A stretch of DNA of 64,000 nt from Desulfobacterales bacterium (GCA_016931455.1 JAFGES010000125.1:2561-66560); one strand, 5' to 3'; positions 10,079-21,625 are shown, counted from the first letter of the stretch. The notes: a model not told the origin generated them from the sequence alone. Program-made: numbers and translations.

Positions 10079-10399
10079 ATGTTTGAAGTAACAAAGTCAG
10101 CCTCAGAAAAAATATCTGAATATTTTAAAGGGAAAAAGATTTCCCCGATTCGGATTTTTCTGAACCAGGGCGGATGAGCCGGGCCTTCACTTGCATTGGC
10201 CCTGGATGCGCCAAAAGACACGGATGATGTTTATGAGATTGATAATTTCAAATATCTCATAGAAAAAGATTTATTGAAAAGATTAAAACCAATTAAGGTA
10301 GATTTCTTGGATCAGCGATTCAAGATAACCTGTGGCATAAATTTGGGAGGAGGATGCGGCAGCAGTTGCGGGTCAGGAGCATCCTGCAGTACCCAATAA
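10079..10399 (+). CDS. HesB/IscA-like Fe-S cluster assembly-type protein with in-frame UGA (selenocysteine) at codon 33
   Basis: ATG at 10079, 6 nt after GGGAG. It reads MFEVTKSASEKISEYFKGKKISPIRIFLNQGG-UGA(10175-10177)-AGPSLALALDAPKD...GGGCGSSCGSGASCSTQ, all in one frame with track ORF 10196..10399. The UGA falls where IscA/HesB proteins have the first conserved Cys (GGC-SG). A hairpin follows directly, and there is a terminator at 10420. Confidence 0.75.
10179..10205 (+). promoter_or_regulatory. SECIS-like hairpin immediately 3' of the UGA
   Basis: CC-GGGCC (10179-10185) pairs with GGCCC-u-GG (10198-10205), with one bulged U and a 12-nt apical loop UUCACUUGCAUU. It begins 2 nt after the UGA, as expected for bacterial SECIS elements. 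Confidence 0.55.
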
Positions 10400-10419
10400 G
10401 TTTGGAAGCTGCAAAGCAC

Positions 10420-10450
10420 AAGGCAACATCGTGTTGATGTTGCCTTTTTT
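10420..10450 (+). terminator. Rho-independent terminator
   Basis: AAGGCAACATC / GTGTT loop / GATGTTGCCTT followed by a T-run, 21 nt after the stop codon. Confidence 0.8.
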
Positions 10451-10721
10451 GTTTTATTTTGACCCGGGTCTTCGTATATGTTCGTTGGAAAAGATTCAAC
10501 TAAACCTTAAAATTTATAAATATCTTAAAGTTCGTATCTTCCCACAACACTTTGTTTTTTTTACCATCTCCTCTTGCATAATATATATTGCCTTTGAAAG
10601 TCGTCCCCGCTAAAATAAAAAAATAAATATTCAACGAAAAAATCCTGCGGGAATGCCTTTACTTCGGTTAAACCCACGATGACCCAATAAATGCGATTTT
10701 ATCAACAATAGGAGGTGTCAT

Positions 10722-11624
10722 ATGAAAATTTTTATTACAGGTGGAACAGGTTTTGTAGGTACCCATTTGTCAAATTTCCTTCTGAGCAGAGGGCATGAAG
10801 TTACCGCCGTCGGCATTCGTCCGAGTCAGAATCGGATTAACCACGAAAATTTTCATTACATTTCGGGCGACACATCTAAAGAAGGTCGCTGGCAGGAAGA
10901 ATTAAAAAATATTGATGCCGTCGTCAACCTAGCAGGAGCCTCTATATTCAAGCGCTGGAACAAAAGCTATAAGCAACTGATTTATGACAGTCGAATTTTA
11001 ACAACACGCAACTTAGTTGGATCTTTGCCCAAAGATAAAAAAGTTGTCCTTTGTAGCACTTCAGCAGTCGGATATTATGGTGATCGCGGTAATGATACGC
11101 TCACTGAAGAAGAACCGAATGGGGATGGTTTTCTTGCCCAGGTCTGCGCAGACTGGGAAAAAGAAGCTCGACGGGCGGAAGAAAAGGGGATTCGAGTTGC
11201 AACCACAAGGTTTGGTATTGTCTTGGGCAAAAACGGAGGCGCACTGAAAAAAATGATTGCAGCTTTCCGTTTTTATTTAGGTGGTCCACTGGGAAACGGT
11301 ATGCAGTGGTTTCCCTGGATTCACATGGAGGATCTCGTGTCTGCAATGCTCTTTATTATGGAAAATGAGAAAATGAATGGTCCGGTTAACTTCTGTTCCC
11401 CCAACCCGGTCAGAAACCGTGACCTTGCAAAAACGCTCGGACATATACTCAATAGACCGGCACTAATGCCTGCCCCGGCTTTTATAATTCGCCTCGTGAT
11501 GGGAGAATTTGGAAATACGATTTTAACTAGCCAGAAAGCGGTTCCGGAAAAACTTTTAAAGCATGGTTTTAATTTTCAGTATTCAGGTATTCAGGCAGCC
11601 ATCAGCGACATAGTCAAAAGTTGA
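10722..11624 (+). CDS. NAD-dependent epimerase-like SDR, TIGR01777/YfcH-type (with DUF1731-like C-terminus)
   Basis: MKIFITGGTGFVG Rossmann start; 300 aa; C-terminal ...PEKLLKHGFNFQY typical of the YfcH family. AGGAGG RBS. Confidence 0.8.
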   Translation: MKIFITGGTGFVGTHLSNFLLSRGHEVTAVGIRPSQNRINHENFHYISGDTSKEGRWQEELKNIDAVVNLAGASIFKRWNKSYKQLIYDSRILTTRNLVGSLPKDKKVVLCSTSAVGYYGDRGNDTLTEEEPNGDGFLAQVCADWEKEARRAEEKGIRVATTRFGIVLGKNGGALKKMIAAFRFYLGGPLGNGMQWFPWIHMEDLVSAMLFIMENEKMNGPVNFCSPNPVRNRDLAKTLGHILNRPALMPAPAFIIRLVMGEFGNTILTSQKAVPEKLLKHGFNFQYSGIQAAISDIVKS

Positions 11625-11725
11625 AGCTTTTAACCTGCAGAAAATTATATCCAGTGCAATTTAATGCGGATTTATAATTTCCCGAGGCTCTTACCTAAAA
11701 AAATATTTTTGGTATCTAGTTATTT

Positions 11726-14362
11726 ATGAAACACATAAAATTTTTGAAACATACCTCACATCCAAATTTTAAGTCATTTTATTTTGAAATTACTTGCATT
11801 ATTTTTATTCTTATATTTCTACTGATAGATTCTGTATCGGCTCAGAAAACAGAAAATCAAATGCCTAAAAATCAGATCAATCATTCCGATCTCAGTGACT
11901 CACTCGATAAAACTATTCAGATCGAAAAAGAAAATATAAAGGAACTCAATGAAACGTTAAAAAATGTTCAACGTTTAGAAAAAACCATGGATGTAGAGCT
12001 CAATGCCTACATGATACAAATTCCAGCTTATAACACCTTGCTGCATACTGCAACGACCGACATTGACGACCTGCAAAAGGCTTGGCTGAATAATCGAGAC
12101 ACCTTGGCCGCAATCACCGCCACGCTTAAAGAGTTGAATCAAAAGCGTAGCGCAATTGAGCAATTGCAGATTCAAACCGATGAACAATATACCCTGAATC
12201 AAAACAAATTATCGGAAATCAAGGCCAAAGATTCTATTACGGAAAGTTCTTTGAAAAAGCTCCAAATTTTAACGCAAATCCTTTCAAATAAGAATGAAGT
12301 GCTTGAAAAAATTAATAAAATACATATTAAACAAATAAGCAAGCTCAATATAATCCAGCAGGACTTCACCGTTTTTGCGGAAAAATTCGACAAACGGATT
12401 AAAGAGAGGAAAAAGCAGGAACTTTTCCAGCGTAAAGCCAACCAACTGGCGTTGTTATCCTGGGATCTGATCGAACTTGAACTTAAACAATTAACGGATC
12501 AAGGGCGCTTGCTCATATCAAGCAATTTTTGGAAGGAACAGTTTCAAACTTTTTGGAAATCGAACGGTTTTTTATTTTTCAGCTTTATTCTGCTTTTCGG
12601 CGTTATTCAGACCTTGCTGTTTCGTTTTCGTATTTTTCTCAACCGTCTGGAACAAAAACCCTTTTACAGTCAACAGGTGTGGTGCTGCCTTACTTTACAA
12701 GTTTTTCAAAGTTCATTGCCGCTGCTCGTCACAACCCTTTTTGTTTACATTTATAGCCGTTTGCAACTTTTCTATCCTTCGGTTCCCTTTATACGAGTCA
12801 TCGTTTTTGTGTTGTTGATCCGTCTGTTTACACAATGGATATTGGATTTTTTAAAGCTATTGAATCGTGAAAAAGCGCTTAAAATATCCGGCCATTTGAT
12901 AACTCGTCTGCGGATTCTTATCATTTCGATTCGATATTATGCGTTTGCTTACGTGATCTTCGAATGGGCTTTGGGCAATTCCAGCGTTATTTTACTTTTT
13001 GGCCGTATCCTTGCTGAAATCAGCTTGTTTATCTGGTGTTTGCTCTCTTTAAAAATTTTCAAAAAAACACTGGAACAAAGCTTTCAAGCCAAACCAAAGT
13101 TAAATCTGATCTTAAAGCCGCTGATTATAGGCATAGTTGACTTGGTTGCCGGTGGTGGTTTGTTTCTTGAATTCATCGGATACGGTCAACTCGCATTGTA
13201 TTGGTATGTTTCATGGGGCCGAAGTATTGTTGTCTTTTTATGGGGCACTTTAATTATTTTAGTTCTGCATGAATGGGATCAAGAGATCCGCAAAAGCCTC
13301 CTATCGGAGAAAAAAGGTTCCGTAAAACCGGTTTATCCGTTTCGATGGCTTTTCATTCGAGTTTCTTGGCTCGCTGCTACCGGCCTTATTATTATGTGTC
13401 TCTTTTTCGCATGGGGTACAAAACAAACTGCCATCATTGCCTTTTTAAGCGCCTTAAATCATCAGATTTCCATCGGCGGAATGCGCTTCAGCCTGCTGGG
13501 GTTTGTATATGCTTTTGTAATTTTATTGGTCACGCATGCGGCCACGCGTCTGTGGCGGCGTGTCTTTAAGAACAAAATCATAGCCGATAGCGGCTTGGAG
13601 TTAGGCCTTCAAGAGTCCGTCACCACGATCACCGCTTATATCCTATGGACTTTTGGAATATTAGGGGCACTTTACGCTTTTGGAATCAACCCCACTTCGC
13701 TGGCGGTCTTATTCGGCGCCTTAGGTATTGGTCTGGGGTTTGGTCTTCAAAACATTTTCAATAATTTTGTAAGTGGCCTTATCCTTCTTTTTGAAAGGCC
13801 GATCCAGGTCGGCGATGTGGTCGAAGTCAACGGTATTTGGGGCAAAGTAAATAAAATCAACGTGAGATCCACATTGGTGCAGACTTATGACAATGCTTCG
13901 CTTATCATCCCCAACTCCGAATTTATCAGCAGCCAACTGACCAATTGGAGTTTCAAAGATTCACGAATACGCCGTAAAATCACTGTCGGGGTTGCTTATG
14001 GCTCTGATTTGAGTCTTGTCCGTCAAACATTAATGGAAGTCGCTGAAAATCATCCCAGGGTATTGACCGAACCACAGCCTGATATTCTCTTTGAAGATTT
14101 TGGTGACAGCGCCCTTGTCTTTACATTGCGTATCTGGACTCTCGTGGATTATGCGTTATCAACCGATACGGAAATCCGTTTGGAAATCGATCGACTCTTC
14201 AGAAAACGAAACATTCAAATTCCATTTCCACAGCGAGATATTCACCTTCAATCAACCTCAGTGCAAAAAAATCTTGATCAAGCTGAAAAAGAAATTAATG
14301 TTTCACAAACTTCTATTTTACCGGCAACCAGGGGAGAAGATGTCAAATCGACTGATCAATGA
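11726..14362 (+). CDS. Large mechanosensitive channel, MscS family (MscK/KefA-like)
   Basis: Signal/TM start, a long N-terminal coiled-coil, multiple TM segments, and a C-terminal MscS core ([38 protein letters not shown]). Confidence 0.88.
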   Translation: MKHIKFLKHTSHPNFKSFYFEITCIIFILIFLLIDSVSAQKTENQMPKNQINHSDLSDSLDKTIQIEKENIKELNETLKNVQRLEKTMDVELNAYMIQIPAYNTLLHTATTDIDDLQKAWLNNRDTLAAITATLKELNQKRSAIEQLQIQTDEQYTLNQNKLSEIKAKDSITESSLKKLQILTQILSNKNEVLEKINKIHIKQISKLNIIQQDFTVFAEKFDKRIKERKKQELFQRKANQLALLSWDLIELELKQLTDQGRLLISSNFWKEQFQTFWKSNGFLFFSFILLFGVIQTLLFRFRIFLNRLEQKPFYSQQVWCCLTLQVFQSSLPLLVTTLFVYIYSRLQLFYPSVPFIRVIVFVLLIRLFTQWILDFLKLLNREKALKISGHLITRLRILIISIRYYAFAYVIFEWALGNSSVILLFGRILAEISLFIWCLLSLKIFKKTLEQSFQAKPKLNLILKPLIIGIVDLVAGGGLFLEFIGYGQLALYWYVSWGRSIVVFLWGTLIILVLHEWDQEIRKSLLSEKKGSVKPVYPFRWLFIRVSWLAATGLIIMCLFFAWGTKQTAIIAFLSALNHQISIGGMRFSLLGFVYAFVILLVTHAATRLWRRVFKNKIIADSGLELGLQESVTTITAYILWTFGILGALYAFGINPTSLAVLFGALGIGLGFGLQNIFNNFVSGLILLFERPIQVGDVVEVNGIWGKVNKINVRSTLVQTYDNASLIIPNSEFISSQLTNWSFKDSRIRRKITVGVAYGSDLSLVRQTLMEVAENHPRVLTEPQPDILFEDFGDSALVFTLRIWTLVDYALSTDTEIRLEIDRLFRKRNIQIPFPQRDIHLQSTSVQKNLDQAEKEINVSQTSILPATRGEDVKSTDQ

Positions 14363-16430
14363 AAAAAGCCCCTATCTCCTCCAGCACGCGCATAATCCGG
14401 TCGACTGGTACCCTTGGTCGGATGCCGCTTTTGCACGTGCGAAAGCAGAGAACAGACCTGTTTTTCTCTCGATTGGTTACGCTACCTGCCATTGGTGTCA
14501 CGTCATGGAAAAGGAGTCTTTTGAAGATGAAGAGACAGCTCGATATCTCAACGAAACCTTTATTTGCATCAAGGTCGATCGGGAAGAGCGCCCCGACATA
14601 GACGCAGTGTACATGAACCTATGCCAAATGCTCATTGGAAGCGGCGGCTGGCCTCTGACGATTTTTATGACACCGAATAAAAAACCCTTTTTTGCCTCCA
14701 CTTACCTGCCTAAACGCAATCGATTCGGCCGAACCGGATTGATTGAACTTTGTAAAAAAATTAAAGAAACTTGGCGGTCGGAAAGGCAAAAAGTCATGGA
14801 GGCAGCCGAAACTATTTCTACTAAATTAGCAGATACTTTTATATTTTCTCCAGCCGAACAGACGGATGCATCTTTATTGGATCAGGCCTACAATGAAATC
14901 CGGCCAACCTTTGATTCTCGATTTGGGGGTTTCAGTCCGGCACCTAAATTCCCAATGCCGCATCGATTGCTTTTTCTGATGCGCTATTATCATCAAAGCG
15001 GCAATGAAAAGGCGCTTGAAATGGTTAAAAAAACACTGATCACGATGCGTTTGGGAGGGATATGGGATCATGTGGGTTTTGGTTTTCATCGATACGCCAC
15101 CGATAAAAAATGGTTACTGCCTCATTTTGAAAAAATGCTTTACGATCAGGCTTTAATATCTATGGCTTACCTTGAGATCTTTCAAATTACACGGGATTCC
15201 TTTTTTTCTCAAACCGCTAAGGAAATTTTTACTTATGTGATAGGGGAAATGACTTCAGAGCAAGGGGCTTTTTTTGCGGCTCAAGATGCTGACAGCGAAG
15301 GTGAGGAAGGCAAATTTTTTACCTGGACAACCGAAAAATTTCGACAGGTTCTTGGAGAAGAAGAAGCAAAGTTTTGGAAAAAAATTTTTAATCTCAGCCC
15401 CGACGGCAACTTTTTTGAAGAGGCAACCGGCCAAAAGACCGGAACCAATATTCTTCATTTAACCAAGCCCTTGGTTCAGTGGGCAAATGAATTAGAAATA
15501 GAAGAAAAGCAGTTTTTATTGAAATGGAAAACAGCTAGAAAAAAGCTGTATCAACAAAGACAGCATCGAATTCATCCGTTTAAAGATGACAAAATATTGA
15601 CCGACTGGAATGGGTTAATGATCGCTTCCTTGGCCCTGGCTTCTCGTGTATTGGATATCCCCGCGTACATAAAGGTTGCTGAGAAGACAGCTAATTTTAT
15701 TCTGACAAAAATGCAGGATGATTCCGGGGGGCTATGGCATCGTTTTAGAGATAATGAAGCTGCAGTCAAACCGCACGCAAACGACTACGCTTTTTTTATC
15801 TGGGGACTTTTACATTTATACCAAGCCGCATTTAACCCGACCTATTTGCATCATGCAATCAGGCTTCAAAATCGCATGCTCGATGATTATTGGGACACGG
15901 AAAATGGTGGTTTCTTCCTTTCAGCAAAAACAGATACGGAGCTGCCGATTCGTCCCAAAGAGTTATATGACGGTGCAACCCCATCGGCGAACTCAGTATC
16001 CCTTTTCAACCTAATGTGCCTATCGCGACTAAGCGGTGAGGTAAAATGGGAGAATAAGGCTAAAGACTTGGTTCGCAGCTTTGCCGGGACGGTTAAAATT
16101 TATCCCGCAGCCTACACCCACTTTCTTTCGAGTCTGTATTTCGCCCTTGGGCGGGAAGGGGAAGTAGTTATCACCGGCAAAGAGGATGCGGCCGATACTC
16201 GGGAAATGCTATCGAGTCTGAACGGCAGATTTGCTCCTAATCAGGTCGTACTTTTTAAGTCGGATAAAAATAAAAATGAGTTGGCCGAGGTTGCCGAATT
16301 TACGGTCAACTTACAACCGGTGAAAGGAAAAGCCACAGCTTATGTATGCGCCGATTTGAGCTGCAGCCAACCGACTAACGATGTCCGGAAAATGCTCGAA
16401 TTGATTCGATCAAACGAAAAGATACCATAA
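14340..16430 (+). CDS. Thioredoxin-domain protein of the DUF255/YyaL (SPATA20-like) family
   Basis: [26 protein letters not shown]...[13 protein letters not shown]. The start is set at the ATG after GGGGAGAAG. It overlaps the channel gene by 23 nt. The upstream 83 codons of the track ORF lie inside that gene. Confidence 0.88.
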   Translation: MSNRLINEKSPYLLQHAHNPVDWYPWSDAAFARAKAENRPVFLSIGYATCHWCHVMEKESFEDEETARYLNETFICIKVDREERPDIDAVYMNLCQMLIGSGGWPLTIFMTPNKKPFFASTYLPKRNRFGRTGLIELCKKIKETWRSERQKVMEAAETISTKLADTFIFSPAEQTDASLLDQAYNEIRPTFDSRFGGFSPAPKFPMPHRLLFLMRYYHQSGNEKALEMVKKTLITMRLGGIWDHVGFGFHRYATDKKWLLPHFEKMLYDQALISMAYLEIFQITRDSFFSQTAKEIFTYVIGEMTSEQGAFFAAQDADSEGEEGKFFTWTTEKFRQVLGEEEAKFWKKIFNLSPDGNFFEEATGQKTGTNILHLTKPLVQWANELEIEEKQFLLKWKTARKKLYQQRQHRIHPFKDDKILTDWNGLMIASLALASRVLDIPAYIKVAEKTANFILTKMQDDSGGLWHRFRDNEAAVKPHANDYAFFIWGLLHLYQAAFNPTYLHHAIRLQNRMLDDYWDTENGGFFLSAKTDTELPIRPKELYDGATPSANSVSLFNLMCLSRLSGEVKWENKAKDLVRSFAGTVKIYPAAYTHFLSSLYFALGREGEVVITGKEDAADTREMLSSLNGRFAPNQVVLFKSDKNKNELAEVAEFTVNLQPVKGKATAYVCADLSCSQPTNDVRKMLELIRSNEKIP

Positions 16431-16482
16431 AAAAATACCGTCCCGGATATCTCGTTGATTGACCAGGTCAAATATATTGTGT

Positions 16483-17136
16483 TTAATCAATTTCTTCGAC
16501 TGGGGCGTACTCTTCACAGAGTCGGTGATAAACGCATAGCTCTGAGACGCATTCTTCAGGTTCAAGCAATTGATCGAGTTCATTGGGAGAAAATGGTAAG
16601 CAATTGAAAAGTCTCTCCTCGAGCTGCTCCGTTTTCTTCCAAAGCCAATGAATACGCTGCCGATATTCAGGTTTAGTACCATAGCGCTGCAAGATATAAT
16701 TCATCCGGTCGTAAAGAAGGACAACTTCGTTATGGAGAACACGCTTGTCGGCATAGTTGACAATTTCCGCCTCCGCGGGTATCTCTGAGTTAAAGTACGC
16801 ATTCAGCTGCACGTGCTGGCCGACAATCTTTCCCACTTCCAAGTAACCCAAGTGACTCAAAAGCTCTTCGCCCGTTAAAGCATGGTTCTCTTTTGTTTTG
16901 AAACTTCTTGTTTTGGTGATATCATGCAGCAGTGCAGAGGCTTGAACCAGGTCATGGTTTAACTGGATACCCTGAATTTTGAACTGGTGAGTCAAAAATA
17001 TGGCGACTTGGCAAACCTGCAGAGAATGGGCAACGATATGGTCCAACATTTTCATTTCATGTATGAGTTGATAACATTTTTTTCTCGAAGGAATTTGCAT
17101 TCTTTTTTTCTCCATAATAATTTTTAACAGATTCAT
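16483..17136 (-). CDS. HD-domain phosphohydrolase family protein
   Basis: HSLQV...ALLHDITK HD motif. The true start may be an internal Met (17115 or 17100). Confidence 0.7.
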   Translation of the reverse strand: MNLLKIIMEKKRMQIPSRKKCYQLIHEMKMLDHIVAHSLQVCQVAIFLTHQFKIQGIQLNHDLVQASALLHDITKTRSFKTKENHALTGEELLSHLGYLEVGKIVGQHVQLNAYFNSEIPAEAEIVNYADKRVLHNEVVLLYDRMNYILQRYGTKPEYRQRIHWLWKKTEQLEERLFNCLPFSPNELDQLLEPEECVSELCVYHRLCEEYAPVEEID

Positions 17137-17206
17137 AAAAAAAATGCCAGAAAGTTTTAATGCTGAATCGAACCCCTTTAACCTCTATTTCGTAAGGAGT
17201 GATCCT

Positions 17207-19837
17207 ATGCTTAAGTTATATTTTGGCCGGTTAATCCACGTCTTCATGTTATTCTATCTAATTTTTCTCTTCAGTTGCAGCGGCGGCTCAGGGGATGAAA
17301 ATAAGGCCGCATCAACGTTTACGATAAGCGGAACGATTCGGGCCAATGAAAATAATGCAATGGATAGTGATGTGAACGATCCTTTCGCCCTCTATACGGC
17401 CAATGATACATTCCGGGACGCCCAAGAAATTCCCAATCCCGTCACCTTGTGCGGCTATGTCAATGTTGCCGGAGCCGGTCCAAGCGGTCGATCAAAAGTT
17501 GCCGGTGATCGAATGGACATTTTTAAGGTCAAAATGGCGTTGAATCAGGCCCTAACGCTTTATACGGCCGATCCCGATCAAGCGGATTTGGATCTTTATC
17601 TTTATGATGAAACCGGGAATAATCTGCTTGATTTCTCAGTTGGAACAGAATCAACTGAATATTTGCAAGTGACAAAAGCCGGTACGTATCTTGTTACGGT
17701 GTATGCATGCAGTTTTTTCGATGACGGTACAGTCAATTCAGCATCAAATTACACTTTGGTTATTGGTCAAACACTAAAAATCGACAGGGAATCGATACTG
17801 AAAATTAGCAGTGAATTTGTAAATGGTGAAGCGATTGTACGTTTTAGAGATGATATTTTATCTATTAAAACCGACGACAATTTTACAGAGCAAACCGAAT
17901 CATTGAAACGGCTGGCCAAAGGTGGTGCTTCCGGACGCGCTTTATTATTAGATTTTACTGAGAATGAAAACAAACAGCAAACTTTCCATATTCTGGGAAT
18001 CAACAAAGAAAGCTCCAGCAGGGGTCTTTCCACGAGTGCGGATTCCCGGATTCAAGACAAGATAGATACCTTACGCATAATTAAGGCGCTTCGCAATCGC
18101 TCGGATGTATTGTATGCGGAACCGAATTATATTCGGCGATGTTTTTCCGTTCCCAATGATGATTACTATCGGTTTCAGTGGCATTATCCCTTAATTCAAT
18201 TACCTCAAGCCTGGGATCTGACCACGGGTGACGGCAATGTGATCATCGCCGTTATTGATACCGGTGTTCTTTTAGATCATCCGGATTTGCAGGGTCAACT
18301 GGTCGCAGGCTATGACTTCATCCGTGATCCTGCCAACGCCCTTGACGGTGACGGCATCGATACCGACCCGAATGATCCCGGCGATCAAGGACTTAACAGC
18401 AGTTCCTTTCATGGAACACACGTTGCCGGCATTGTGGCGGCAACCATGAACAATGAAATAGGGGGCTGTGGTGTAGCCGGATTAAGCAGGATCATGCCTC
18501 TGCGTGTTATCGGCAAAAACGGTGCTACCTCCTATGATATCCAGCAGGCCGTGCGTTATGCAGCCGGTCTCGCAAATGACAGCGGCAAAACCCCCTCCAA
18601 GCGGGCCGACATTATCAATCTGAGTCTAGGAGGACCTTCTTTTTCTCAAATCGAACAAGACGTTTATACAGCCGCCCGTAATGAGGGGGTTATCATCATT
18701 GCTGCTGCAGGTAACGAATCTACAGAGGTTCCATTATATCCGGCAGCCTATGACGGCATCGTATCGGTTAATGCGGTAGACATGAATGCGGATCTTACAC
18801 CGTATTCAAATTACGGCTCAAGCATTGATGTGGCAGCACCCGGCGGAGATATATCCCAAGACGTCAATGGAGACGGTTATGGTGATGGTATACTGAGTGC
18901 AGCCGGAGATAATTCAGCCGGTGTAACCGAGTTTGTATATAAATTTCTTCAAGGAACTTCAATGGCATCGCCCCATGTGGCAGGCATTGCAGCCTTGATG
19001 CAATCAGTAAATCCGAATCTAACTCCCGAGCAATTCGATCTTTTGCTGAAAAGTGGGAATATTTCGTTGGATATCGGTGAGATCGGTTGGGATAATACCT
19101 TTGGCTTTGGACTGATTGATGCTTATCGTGCGGTTGTTGCCGCTCGTAATTTAATCGGAGATAATTTAACAATTCCGGCAATACTTATCATTAATCCGAT
19201 GGCACTTAATTTCGGTGCAACGCTGAATAGGGCCTTACTTTCCGTCCAAAATGGCGGCGGCGAAACACTAACAATCACTGATGTGGTGACAGATGCCCAA
19301 TGGCTCAGTGTCGAAACGGTGACAGTAGATGACAACGGTCTTGGAAAATATAGTGTTGAAGTCGACCGCGGTGAAATGGCGCCGGGCACTTATACGGCGA
19401 CCATCTCGTTTATGTCCTCAGTAAATATGGTAGAGATTGCCGTAATTATGGAGGTGCGTATTTTAACCCTAACAGGCGATTTAGGTTATCAATATATTTT
19501 ATTAGTAAAGTCCGATACCGGCGGGGCTGAAATGCAAGTGGAATCTCAAATAAGCAATGGGGAAGCTGAATATTATTTTCAGAATGTCAATCCAGGTAGT
19601 TATCAAATCTTTGCAGGAACCGATATCAACAATGATGGTTATATCGGCGATGCGGGGGAGGCATTAGGCGCCTTTATAACCATAGATCAACCTATGTCCA
19701 TTTTAGTCGATGGCAATAGGTCCGATTTAGATTTTTATATTGGATTGAATTGGAATTTGCCGGCCCAATATTTAGCGGAATCAACGACAAACAAAATACA
19801 GCTTTTAGATTACAAAATGAAGAGGGTATCAAGGTAA
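17207..19837 (+). CDS. Subtilisin-like S8 serine peptidase, probable lipoprotein, with accessory beta-rich domains
   Basis: AAGGAG RBS, then MLKLYFG...LFSCSGG lipobox. Catalytic triad motifs VIDTGV, HGTHVAG, GTSMASPHVAG. The track ORF opens at 17144. Confidence 0.88.
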   Translation: MLKLYFGRLIHVFMLFYLIFLFSCSGGSGDENKAASTFTISGTIRANENNAMDSDVNDPFALYTANDTFRDAQEIPNPVTLCGYVNVAGAGPSGRSKVAGDRMDIFKVKMALNQALTLYTADPDQADLDLYLYDETGNNLLDFSVGTESTEYLQVTKAGTYLVTVYACSFFDDGTVNSASNYTLVIGQTLKIDRESILKISSEFVNGEAIVRFRDDILSIKTDDNFTEQTESLKRLAKGGASGRALLLDFTENENKQQTFHILGINKESSSRGLSTSADSRIQDKIDTLRIIKALRNRSDVLYAEPNYIRRCFSVPNDDYYRFQWHYPLIQLPQAWDLTTGDGNVIIAVIDTGVLLDHPDLQGQLVAGYDFIRDPANALDGDGIDTDPNDPGDQGLNSSSFHGTHVAGIVAATMNNEIGGCGVAGLSRIMPLRVIGKNGATSYDIQQAVRYAAGLANDSGKTPSKRADIINLSLGGPSFSQIEQDVYTAARNEGVIIIAAAGNESTEVPLYPAAYDGIVSVNAVDMNADLTPYSNYGSSIDVAAPGGDISQDVNGDGYGDGILSAAGDNSAGVTEFVYKFLQGTSMASPHVAGIAALMQSVNPNLTPEQFDLLLKSGNISLDIGEIGWDNTFGFGLIDAYRAVVAARNLIGDNLTIPAILIINPMALNFGATLNRALLSVQNGGGETLTITDVVTDAQWLSVETVTVDDNGLGKYSVEVDRGEMAPGTYTATISFMSSVNMVEIAVIMEVRILTLTGDLGYQYILLVKSDTGGAEMQVESQISNGEAEYYFQNVNPGSYQIFAGTDINNDGYIGDAGEALGAFITIDQPMSILVDGNRSDLDFYIGLNWNLPAQYLAESTTNKIQLLDYKMKRVSR

Positions 19838-19906
19838 CAATCAAATTAATATTACTGGTGCTGGTTCCCTTCACTTTATCTGGTTGTTGAAGAACTGAGG
19901 CGGATT

Positions 19907-20284
19907 TCAGATTAATCCTTTTTGTTTTAAAACAGCACGGATGGTCGGTTCGATAAAACCATCAATTTTAATATCGTCAATAAAAATTAACGGAACACCT
20001 CTCCCGCCGACTTTTTGAAAAACACGCCTTACCTTTTCAGATCTATTCAAATCAATTTCTAAATAATCGATATGGTTTTTTTTAAAAAATGCCTTGGCCA
20101 TGTCGCAGTAACGGCACTGTGCAGTGGTGAAAATGACGATTTTTTTCGAATGCCCCAAATTATTCATGTCGGAATTTTGGTCTGGATCTATAGGTTTCAA
20201 AAATAAGGTACCCAAAATAAGCGCAATGATTGCCGGTGTTAAAACCAAGCCGATAGGAGTACTTGCAAGTTTTTTAAAATTCAT
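19907..20284 (-). CDS. Membrane-anchored glutaredoxin-like protein
   Basis: N-terminal TM segment, then the glutaredoxin fold IVIFTTAQCRYCDMAKAFF...GVPLIFID. Confidence 0.75.
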   Translation of the reverse strand: MNFKKLASTPIGLVLTPAIIALILGTLFLKPIDPDQNSDMNNLGHSKKIVIFTTAQCRYCDMAKAFFKKNHIDYLEIDLNRSEKVRRVFQKVGGRGVPLIFIDDIKIDGFIEPTIRAVLKQKGLI

Positions 20285-20686
20285 TTCAATCCATTTTTAA
20301 ATTTGATGAATTCGTAAAAAGTCAAAATTGAGACGGCAAAGTAAAAAGTTCAAGTATTTTAAATCATCGGCGCAGATATGGTTTAGCTTGATAAATCCGA
20401 AAAAATTATAAAGATATTCAAATATGATGATAGATCCAAAAAACAACAATCTTCTATAATTCATGAATTTATTTGACACTTTTTCGAAAATTTACCATTA
20501 TTATTATAATGATTTTCAGAGTAATCTTTCATAAATTTAATCGCTTACCAAATTTTTTTGATCCATCTTGATCCATCGGGCCCGCAGAATTCATCTGCCT
20601 GATACTAAATTTAAAATGTTTTTAACTGCGGCTCGGTCCGAGATAGATATTTTTCATAGTATAAATTTAAAACGGGAGGGGCGTTG

Positions 20687-21556
20687 ATGATGAAGAAAAT
20701 ATTTAAGTTTGTTTTGGTACTTTTTTTATTGGTTTTAGTGGCATTAGCAGTGATTTATTACCTGCTCGGAAACATCATTCGCACCGGTGTTGAAACCATT
20801 GGCCCGGAGGCTACCGGAGCCGATGTGACCTTAGCCGATGTGGATCTGAGTCTCTTCTCGGGTCAGGCGGCGTTGGGTGGTTTTGTGATCGGGAACCCGG
20901 AGGGATTCATTTCCAAAAACGCATTCGAACTTGGAAAGGTGGCGGTCGGCGTTGACCTCTTTACTGTGCTTGACGATGTCATCATTGTTAAGAATATTCT
21001 CATCGATGGTGCCAAAATTACCTGGGATGGCTGGGCCGGTGATAATCACAGAAAAATTATGGAAAACATAGAAAAATATACCGGCGGTCCTTCAAAAAAA
21101 GAAACCGAGCTGGAAAAGAAAGAACCGTCCGGGCCGCAAAAAAAGGTTATTATTGAAAATTTCCAATTTCAGAACAGTTCCATTGCTTTTGTAATCAGCG
21201 GTAAGCAAATCGCAGAGCTTGAATTTCCAACTTTGCACTTGACCGATATCGGTCGCAAGCAAGGCGGGCAGACGATAAAGGAGGCTTTGCAGCAAACGTA
21301 TCAGCAGATTATTGAAAGTCTCGGTCGTGCCGTAACCCTGAATAGTCAAATGCTACAGCAAAAGGCCGCGGAATTACAGTTAAAGGGTATAGAAATGCTG
21401 CAACAAGGCAAGGAAACGCTTGAAAAAGGAAGGCAAGTTATTGAAAAGGGTAAGGAGGCACTTGAAAAAGGTGATTTAAAAAGTGTGCAGGAAAAGGCGA
21501 CGGAAGGAGTCAAAGATTTTACAAAAAGCATAGGAGATTTATTGAATAAAAAATAG
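20687..21556 (+). CDS. Hypothetical N-terminally anchored protein with a C-terminal coiled-coil (AsmA-like N-terminal flavour)
   Basis: GGGAGGG RBS 6 nt before the ATG. One TM (FKFVLVLFLLVLVALAVIYYLL). Repetitive KG-E-LEKG C-terminus. No catalytic motif recognised. Confidence 0.6.
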   Translation: MMKKIFKFVLVLFLLVLVALAVIYYLLGNIIRTGVETIGPEATGADVTLADVDLSLFSGQAALGGFVIGNPEGFISKNAFELGKVAVGVDLFTVLDDVIIVKNILIDGAKITWDGWAGDNHRKIMENIEKYTGGPSKKETELEKKEPSGPQKKVIIENFQFQNSSIAFVISGKQIAELEFPTLHLTDIGRKQGGQTIKEALQQTYQQIIESLGRAVTLNSQMLQQKAAELQLKGIEMLQQGKETLEKGRQVIEKGKEALEKGDLKSVQEKATEGVKDFTKSIGDLLNKK

Positions 21557-21578
21557 GGCATACGCGAATCATGCAATG

Positions 21579-21625
21579 AAATATACTGCAGTCGCAGGGT
21601 AAAGGCTTGTGACTGCAGTATATTT
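21579..21625. terminator. 15-bp perfect hairpin between convergent genes (candidate bidirectional terminator)
   Basis: AAATATACTGCAGTC (21579-21593) pairs with GACTGCAGTATATTT (21611-21625), with a 17-nt loop and A/T-rich flanks. Confidence 0.55.

Noticed and set aside
10196-10399. Track ORF of 67 aa starting at TTG, treated as an independent small gene
   Set aside because: It has no RBS of its own. It is in frame with a well-initiated upstream reading frame interrupted only by TGA, and the joined product forms a complete HesB/IscA-like protein. It is therefore interpreted as the 3' part of a selenoprotein gene.
14091-14339. Upstream 83 codons of the YyaL-like ORF
   Set aside because: They lie entirely inside the 3' end of the mechanosensitive-channel gene in another frame. 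A GGGGAGAAG RBS and the family-typical N-terminus ([23 protein letters not shown]) occur at 14340.
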